Shown here in pieces: positions 57,768-64,000 of a DNA stretch of 64,000 nt. Where the stretch lies: contig CBDBZU010000004.1 of NCBI GenBank assembly GCA_965213625.1, positions 480,001 to 544,000 of the forward strand, in the 5' to 3' direction. Position numbers and translations under genes: made by a program. The first letter of the stretch is position 1. Each line of letters opens with the position of its first letter. This DNA is from a bacterium (lineage in GTDB: Bacteria; UBA8248). Below the pieces are notes generated by a model, which ran no database searches, was not told the DNA's origin, and worked only from the letters and a program-made list of their open reading frames with translations.

Positions 57768-59992
57768 GATTTCGCCTCCTGCGCAACCGGGAGCGGGAGT
57801 TCGACGACGAAGGTAGCGCCTGCCCCCTCCTCGCTTTCGAAATCTATGCTCCCGTTATGGTCGGTGATGATTTGGCGGCTCAACACGAGGCCGAGGCCGG
57901 TTCCGTCCGCCTTCGTCGTGAAAAACGGCGTGAACAAAGAGGCCTGCTCCTCGAGGCTGATGCCCTTGCCGCTGTCTGATATACGGATGGCGAGGTGCTG
58001 GTTTTCGAGTTCCGTCTTTACCATGAGTCGCCCGCCGTCAGGCATCGCGTCGAAGCCGTTCAGGATGAGATTCTGAATTGCGACGCGCATTTGCGTTTCG
58101 TCCAGGACCACTTCGGGGATGTCCCTTTCAAACTCTTTATCGATTTGAATTTTTCTACTCACCGCCACTTCCGAATGCAGGTCCAATAAATCCTCGAGCA
58201 ACTCGTTGCAGTCTACCGCGGTTCTTTCCAGGCTGGGCATCCGCACGAATTTGAGATAATCGGCCGTCACCTGCCTGAGGATATCCACCTCCGCCCTCAC
58301 GGATTTAAGCAGCGTCCATGCCTCGGAGGTATCCGCCTCCTTGAATTGAGACAACTCATCGCCGAGCAACTCCGCGCTCAGGTTGATGGTCGAGAGCGGA
58401 TTGCGTATGGAATGCGCCACCTGCTCGCTCATTTTGCCGACGATCGAGAGCCTCTCGCTCTGGAGAACCTCATTTTCGAGCGCCTTGCGCTCGGTCACGT
58501 CCTTCAAATACAAAATCACTTGGAGCGTCGCTCCCGAGGCGTCGAGAATCGGATAGGTATAGTATTCCATCTCCATCCGGCGCCCATCTTCCCACGAAAT
58601 CGATTTTTCGAAAAAGCCCGGCTCGCCGGTCGCGAACGTGTCGACCACAATGGATCGCTCGACAAAAGACTCCGGCACAGCGGTAAGCGGCGATTCTTCC
58701 CATTTCTGGTCCAGCAAATCGGACGTCTCGCGACCGAAAAGCCTGCCCATCGAGCGGTTGAGCATTCGGATGCGGAAATCCTTGTCCAGAATGCCGATGG
58801 CGTCCGTGATCCCGTCGAAAAGCGCCTGGAGGCGCCTGTTGCTCTCCAGCACCTGCTCGGACCAGTGGATTCTGTCCTCGGCCCTTATGCGCCTGCGCTC
58901 GCGGTCGAGTATCAAAAGAGCGGCCAGAATCAAGGCGACGAACCCGAAAGCCGTCAGCAGCAACCCTTTTCGGAACAAGCCTCCGATCAACCCGACGAAC
59001 TCGGTGGAGGGCGCCGTTAGGGTGAAAGTCCATTTCTCCTCCCCGACCGGGAAGTTGCTGAAAGCCGTCAGGTATCGCATGCGTTTTTCTTGTTTCGCAG
59101 GCCTGAGGTCGAGGTGCCAGTCGAAACCATTCACTTCTTTCTTCATGCGCTCGGCGAGTTTTTCGAGTCTCCCATCACCCAGTTCATGCGCGAGGGTGGA
59201 CAATTTCACGCCCTCCAGCCGGGGAATCCCCGGAGGGAGGATAATTCTGCCCTCCGCGTCCACGAGCCAAGCCCGCTCCCGGCCTCCCGATTGAACGGGC
59301 TCGACGAAGGCGCGCACCAGATCCGCCATGGAAATTCGCGCGTAGAGCCAGTCGCGTATCCGCTGCGCCTCGGATACTTCGGTTCCGTCCCTTTTGGACT
59401 CCACCGGCGCCGCCACGAACAGGGAGGATACCCTTTGGGCTTCTTCGCGAATCACGAGGATACAGGCGCCTTGCGACAAGGGGCAGCTCGCCAGTTTTTC
59501 GAGGTATTCCTTGGGAATCGCGTCGCCTGGCGCGTGGCCGCCCTGCAGATAGCCCAGCTCGCTCACGCGAAACCTCCCGCCCAGCCTCTCGTACAGACCC
59601 ATCATCACCGCCATACGTCCTGGATGATCGGGTTCGATGGTGCGCAGAAACCCTGCGCTGTAGCGCAAAGTCGCCGTGAGTGCCTCCAGGAACGAGGCGA
59701 TCCTGTCGCCGGCCTGCTCCACGAGAAGGAGTTGACGGCGGTTGGATCTTTCCTCTATCTCGACCTTGGTGTCTACGTAGATCCGGTAAGAGAGAAAACT
59801 CAATATCACTATCAGAACGAACGTGGCGCCTATCGTGCAGTACTGGAACTTCTGGTTCGCCCGGCGCGACTGGGCGATGCGCGAGCGCGCCGAATCCCCG
59901 GTTTCATAGACTGTCCCGGCGTTCGGCGGTGTGCGCCGTACGAGCAATCGTCTCGCAACAGACCGAAAGGCTCTCGTCCATGCGTTCGGCAT
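57764..59992 (-). CDS. Membrane PAS sensor histidine kinase (start uncertain)
   Basis: Two TM segments, PAS, H-box AHSIRNPL, N-box NLILNG, DSGKG, PFFTTK and GTGLGL. Confidence 0.9.
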   Translation of the reverse strand: MPNAWTRAFRSVARRLLVRRTPPNAGTVYETGDSARSRIAQSRRANQKFQYCTIGATFVLIVILSFLSYRIYVDTKVEIEERSNRRQLLLVEQAGDRIASFLEALTATLRYSAGFLRTIEPDHPGRMAVMMGLYERLGGRFRVSELGYLQGGHAPGDAIPKEYLEKLASCPLSQGACILVIREEAQRVSSLFVAAPVESKRDGTEVSEAQRIRDWLYARISMADLVRAFVEPVQSGGRERAWLVDAEGRIILPPGIPRLEGVKLSTLAHELGDGRLEKLAERMKKEVNGFDWHLDLRPAKQEKRMRYLTAFSNFPVGEEKWTFTLTAPSTEFVGLIGGLFRKGLLLTAFGFVALILAALLILDRERRRIRAEDRIHWSEQVLESNRRLQALFDGITDAIGILDKDFRIRMLNRSMGRLFGRETSDLLDQKWEESPLTAVPESFVERSIVVDTFATGEPGFFEKSISWEDGRRMEMEYYTYPILDASGATLQVILYLKDVTERKALENEVLQSERLSIVGKMSEQVAHSIRNPLSTINLSAELLGDELSQFKEADTSEAWTLLKSVRAEVDILRQVTADYLKFVRMPSLERTAVDCNELLEDLLDLHSEVAVSRKIQIDKEFERDIPEVVLDETQMRVAIQNLILNGFDAMPDGGRLMVKTELENQHLAIRISDSGKGISLEEQASLFTPFFTTKADGTGLGLVLSRQIITDHNGSIDFESEEGAGATFVVELPLPVAQEAKS

Positions 59993-60097
59993 CGGATTTC
60001 CTCGGAAAATTGGCGGCTTTCGCTCCACCCCGGCAGCGGACTCCATGATTTTGCGTAGCGGGGTCCGAAAACCCTTTCCCCGCCCCGGCGCGGTCCG

Positions 60098-60127
60098 CTT
60101 GACACGGGAAAAATCCCCCCATATCTT
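60098..60127 (+). promoter_or_regulatory. hrcA promoter (sigma70-type, overlapping a sigma32-like match)
   Basis: TTGACA-17-TATCTT. Also CTTGAC-13-CCCCATAT. Confidence 0.75.
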
Positions 60128-60134
60128 GCATAAA

Positions 60135-60161
60135 TTAGCACTCCGTACGCCGGAGTGCCAC
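60135..60161 (+). promoter_or_regulatory. CIRCE operator
   Basis: TTAGCACTC-N9-GAGTGCCAC upstream of hrcA. Confidence 0.9.
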
Positions 60162-60205
60162 ACCAAAATTCAGCGCAGAAGACGCCGCGCCGGGAGACTC
60201 GCGAT

Positions 60206-61258
60206 ATGGACGCCCTGGAACTTGCCCAGAGAAATCGCGAAATCCTGCGCGCCATCATCAATATTTTCGTGGATACTGGCGAACCCGTGGGGAGCCGCAC
60301 GCTCTCGAAGCATTCGGACCTCGCCCTGAGCCCCGCCACCATCCGCAACATCATGAGCGATCTGGCCGACGCGGGCTTCCTCACCAAGCCCCACATCTCC
60401 TCCGGCAGGCTCCCCACCGACTTGGGCTACCGCATCTTCGTCGACGACCTGATGGGCTCGCATACCCTCACAAGCGAGGAGCAGGAATCCATGCGCCTGG
60501 GCGCTTCGGCGCAGGCCGCTCAAATCGAACAGGTGCTTGCGCAGGCCACGCGCGTGCTCTCGGAACTCACCAACACGGCGGGGCTCGTGCTCCTGCCGGC
60601 GGGGGAGCAGCTCCACTTCAAGCACATCAACTTCGTGAAGATGTCGGAAGAAAAAACACTGGCCGTCATCGTCTCGATGAGCGGGGTGGTGCAAAACCGC
60701 GTCATCCCGACCGAGGCCCCCGTCAGCCAAGACGAGTTGAACAGGATATCCAATCTGCTGAACGATGAGTTCAGCGGCCTCGCTCTTAAAGAAGTGCGCG
60801 AGAAGATCATCCAGAAGATGGCCCTTGCGCGGGACAACCTCGACACCCTCTATCAGCAGGCCCTCAAGCTCAGCAACGATGCGCTCTCGGAGAACGAAGC
60901 CGTGCAGGAATCCCTCTTCGTGGAAGGGGCCTCGCGCGTGTTCTCACAGCCGGACTTCGCCACCAACGCCGAGAAACTCCAGACCCTCTACCGCACGTTC
61001 GAGGAGCGGGAAAAACTCGTGCGCCTGCTGGACAAGTGCCTCGGCTCCGAAGACATCACCATTCTCATCGGTTCGGAGAACGATTTCGAGGAGATGAAGG
61101 ATTGCAGCGTCGTCGCCCAGCGATACTATATGGACGACCGTCCGCTGGGCAGCATCGGCATCATCGGCCCCAAGCGAATGCGCTACGATCGCGCCGTCTC
61201 ACTCGTGGAATGGACGGCGGATTCGGTATCGAAATTCCTCTCCTCTGGAAAGCAATAG
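60206..61258 (+). CDS. hrcA: Heat-inducible transcription repressor HrcA
   Basis: [28 protein letters not shown] and IIGPKRMRY. Confidence 0.95.
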   Translation: MDALELAQRNREILRAIINIFVDTGEPVGSRTLSKHSDLALSPATIRNIMSDLADAGFLTKPHISSGRLPTDLGYRIFVDDLMGSHTLTSEEQESMRLGASAQAAQIEQVLAQATRVLSELTNTAGLVLLPAGEQLHFKHINFVKMSEEKTLAVIVSMSGVVQNRVIPTEAPVSQDELNRISNLLNDEFSGLALKEVREKIIQKMALARDNLDTLYQQALKLSNDALSENEAVQESLFVEGASRVFSQPDFATNAEKLQTLYRTFEEREKLVRLLDKCLGSEDITILIGSENDFEEMKDCSVVAQRYYMDDRPLGSIGIIGPKRMRYDRAVSLVEWTADSVSKFLSSGKQ

Positions 61259-61307
61259 GCGAAACTGCGCTTTCATCCCCAGTTTCCCCGGCGGAGGTCA
61301 TGATTCC

Positions 61308-62393
61308 TTGAACATCGCCGACGCCCTCAAGATTCTGGGATTAGAGAAAAACGCCTCATCCTCCCAACTCAAAAGCGCCTACAAGAAACTGGCCTTGCAA
61401 TTCCATCCGGACAGAAACCCGGGCGACCCGGAGGCGGAAAATCGCTTCAAGCAGGTCGTCATCGCCCACGAAACCCTCCAGAACCCGAAACGCCCGGACT
61501 CCCGAGGGGCGCCTCGCGCGCGGAGTTCCACTCGTAAAAGAGGCGAGTACGAGGAAAAATGGGAAGACATCTTCTCTCATATCTTCAAGAACGCGCGCGG
61601 ACCAGCGGATGAGAAAAAAGTCGCGTCTCGGGACTTGCATGCCCACGTCGAGGTGACGCTCGAGGAATTGACGCGAGACACCGATAAAGAAATCGCCTTA
61701 TCACGCCGCGCTCGCTGCGCCTCATGCGAGGGGCGCGGAGCCGAGGCGGGCGCGCGGATGAGCGCCTGCCCGGCGTGCAAGGGCGCGGGCGAGGTGCGCT
61801 ACAAACAGGGCCTCGCCGAGTTGCGCATTCCCTGCTCCGCTTGTGACGGCAGCGGAGAGCACACGGGTCTTGCGTGTCGGGATTGCGGGGGAGAGGGCGT
61901 CACGAGCAGGCGGGAGAGCTTGAGTGTGGCGATTCCTGCAGCGACCAAAGAGGGCGCTCAGATCAAGATCAGGGGCAAGGGCGATGAGAACGCGCGCACC
62001 GGCGAGGCGGGAGACCTCATCGTCACGGTGCGCGCGAAACCCCATCCCATATTCCGAAGGGAGGGCAACGACATTCTCTTCGACCTGCCTGTGAGCATCT
62101 CCCAGGCCGCCCTCGGCCACGAAGCCCCCGTACCCAAGCTGAAGGGCGCGCGGCGGATCAAGATTCCCGCGGGAACCCAGTCGGGCCGGGTCTTTCGCCT
62201 GAGGGGAGAGGGCCTCTCACCCGCGGGGGGACGGGGGGCGGGCGATCTCCAGATCCGCGTGATCATCGAAACGCCCACCAAGCTGAGCGATCGCCAGCGC
62301 GAAATTCTCGATGAGTTGCAGCGTATCTCCTCGCCGTCCACGCACCCGCGAACCCGGACGTTTCTCGATAAAATGAAATCTCTTCTCGAATGA
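61308..62393 (+). CDS. dnaJ: DnaJ chaperone (J domain, zinc finger, C-terminal domain; no G/F-rich tract)
   Basis: HPD motif, four CxxCxGxG repeats, GDL and IPAGTQ. TTG start after GGAGG. Confidence 0.85.
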   Translation: MNIADALKILGLEKNASSSQLKSAYKKLALQFHPDRNPGDPEAENRFKQVVIAHETLQNPKRPDSRGAPRARSSTRKRGEYEEKWEDIFSHIFKNARGPADEKKVASRDLHAHVEVTLEELTRDTDKEIALSRRARCASCEGRGAEAGARMSACPACKGAGEVRYKQGLAELRIPCSACDGSGEHTGLACRDCGGEGVTSRRESLSVAIPAATKEGAQIKIRGKGDENARTGEAGDLIVTVRAKPHPIFRREGNDILFDLPVSISQAALGHEAPVPKLKGARRIKIPAGTQSGRVFRLRGEGLSPAGGRGAGDLQIRVIIETPTKLSDRQREILDELQRISSPSTHPRTRTFLDKMKSLLE

Positions 62394-62501
62394 GGTGGCT
62401 CTGGACGCCTTGTTGCGCCCGGAATTTCCTGCTACATAACTTTTCCGAAAACAAACACCAGCCGATACTTCCACGTACAACAGACACAGGAGCATCCAAC
62501 A

Positions 62502-63587
62502 TTGTCCAATCAAGCGCACATCGATGAGTTCATCGAAAAAACACAAGCACTGAACGGCCGGCCCGTGCGCGAGCGCGAGGCATGGAACAACGAGGCTAGC
62601 GCCGACGCCATCCGCCATTTCGCATACGGCATCGACGACGATAACCCGCTTTGGCTGGACGCCGGATACGCATCCGGAACGTCGCACGGAAACATCATGG
62701 CGCCGCCCGCGTTTCTGGTGTCGGTCCTCTACCCGATCCTCCACGGAGCGCCCATGGAGGCGCCACTCTCCTCCTTGATCGGCGGTGTGGAATTCGAGTG
62801 GGAAAAACCCATCCCCCAAGGAACCAGACTGCGCGCCGAGTCCATCCAGAAGGATTCCTTCGTCAAGACGAACAAGGCGGGCCGCCAGCTCATCTTCATC
62901 ATTTCGGAGTGCACCTACTGGAACGAGGATGATGAGGTCGTCGCCAGGGGCATCGGCACGATGATCCGCACCTTGCAGGAGGGAAACGCGCTCCTCTACG
63001 AGCGACCCGTCAAGAAGTACGACGAGGCGGAATTTTCGGAAATCGAAAACGCCTATCAAGCGGAAGAAAGACAGGGCGGCGAGAAGCGCCGTTTCGCGGA
63101 CGTATCCGTCGGGGATGAACTCCCGTCCATGCTCCGCGGCCCCCTCACCATCGGTGACATGGTCGCCTGGAACGCGGGCAACGGCCCATCCTACAAGGCG
63201 GGCAGGCGCGGATATCTCGACCTCAAGAAAGCGCCCCACAACGCCGTCCTGATCCCCCAGATCGGGATCAAGGTCAAAAACTCCCAGCAGCACGAGGACT
63301 TCAACCTCGCCTCGGGGCGCGGGATGCCCGGACCGTTCGACAACGGCGTCATGCGCTTCGCCTGGGTGAGCCCGTTCATCACGAACTGGATGGGGGACGA
63401 CGCGTTCTTGAAGAACCTCTACGTCCAGGTGCGCCGCCCCATGATCTACGGCGACACCATCTGGCACAAGGGCAAGGTGGTCGAGAAGAACGACGCCGAG
63501 CGCACCGTGAAGATCGAGATCACCGGAACGAACCAGGAAGGCGAGCTGGCGACGGCGGGCTCGGCCGTGGTTCGGCTGCCGGAGTAA
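62502..63587 (+). CDS. Double hot-dog MaoC-like dehydratase
   Basis: IRHFAYGIDDDNPLW, APPAF, DVSVGDELP, NWMGD and YGDT. Confidence 0.82.
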   Translation: MSNQAHIDEFIEKTQALNGRPVREREAWNNEASADAIRHFAYGIDDDNPLWLDAGYASGTSHGNIMAPPAFLVSVLYPILHGAPMEAPLSSLIGGVEFEWEKPIPQGTRLRAESIQKDSFVKTNKAGRQLIFIISECTYWNEDDEVVARGIGTMIRTLQEGNALLYERPVKKYDEAEFSEIENAYQAEERQGGEKRRFADVSVGDELPSMLRGPLTIGDMVAWNAGNGPSYKAGRRGYLDLKKAPHNAVLIPQIGIKVKNSQQHEDFNLASGRGMPGPFDNGVMRFAWVSPFITNWMGDDAFLKNLYVQVRRPMIYGDTIWHKGKVVEKNDAERTVKIEITGTNQEGELATAGSAVVRLPE

Positions 63588-63600
63588 AACGCGAGAGCCT

Positions 63601-64000
63601 GTGACGAAAAAATGGCTCGAACTCATCATCGAGATTCGTGAGGCTCTGGCCGAAGATGCCGCCGCCCGCATGTTCGAGGCGGGCGCATCCGCTGTGGAGC
63701 AGCGAGAAGGTGCTGTGGGCGCATCGCTGCTCATCACACACATCGCGTTTGAGGACGGCGCGACCAGAAAACTCCGCGCGATAGAGGCGCTCCTCTCCAC
63801 CATGGGCGTCGAGAAGAGCGCCATCACCCTCAGGAACATCGAGGATCAGGACTGGATCGCCCAGTCGCGCGGTCACTTCAAGGGCGAAGCCTACGGCGAG
63901 AAACTCTGGGTGAGGCCCCCCTGGGACGAAGACGAGACGCCCGAGGGGCGCGTCGCTTTGACGCTCGAACCCGGCCTCGCCTTCGGCACCGGCAGACATC
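63601..64000 (+). CDS. prmA: Ribosomal protein L11 methyltransferase (3' end outside window)
   Basis: GTG start. EDQDW, VRPPW and LEPGLAFGTGRH. Confidence 0.9.
   Translation, partial: MTKKWLELIIEIREALAEDAAARMFEAGASAVEQREGAVGASLLITHIAFEDGATRKLRAIEALLSTMGVEKSAITLRNIEDQDWIAQSRGHFKGEAYGEKLWVRPPWDEDETPEGRVALTLEPGLAFGTGRH

Noticed and set aside
1-64000. CRISPR array, tRNA, rRNA, retron or DGR reverse transcriptase
   Set aside because: No regularly spaced repeat-spacer array, structural RNA gene or RT motif was seen. The 1742/29909 repeat differs at synonymous sites rather than specifically at adenines, unlike a DGR TR/VR pair.

Overview
This is a GC-rich bacterial chromosome segment. A signal-peptide ankyrin protein and a DMSP-lyase-like cupin suggest a marine, possibly sponge-associated host (inference only). 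The window has three zones. (1) 1-7.2 kb: metabolic genes (HpaB-family flavoprotein, kbl, SDR) with a low-GC, frameshifted DUF262/DUF1524 gene inserted among them. (2) About 7.4-40.3 kb: a mosaic, decaying integrative/mobilisable island. It has tandem tyrosine integrases, cargo (DddK/DddW-like cupin, ABC binding protein, MpaB/Lcp-like pseudogene) and a conjugative leading region (ssb, DUF4326, DUF2493) with an Frpo-like hairpin promoter. Next come an F-type nic/oriT and a broken RHH gene, with no relaxase. A defence cluster follows: DUF1156-like MTase plus PD-(D/E)XK nuclease, DUF262/DUF1524, SIR2-STAND-TPR, an IS66-DUF4338 element with extra ends and a MITE, AbiE and a Gabija-like pair. (3) 40.3-64 kb: an IS1111-type IS110 element with readable bridge-RNA guides, then intact core genes (cytochrome c', lhr, patatin, tatD-rSAM, metG, ricT, holB, tmk, NtrBC-like pair, CIRCE-hrcA-dnaJ, MaoC, prmA). 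The most unusual signals are these. Identical IS66 right ends sit at exactly the same offset from two diverged copies of a repeat that separates defence modules. An inverted, synonymously diverged copy of a host gene 3' end precedes a second set of defence genes. All calls come from motif recognition by eye; no searches were run.
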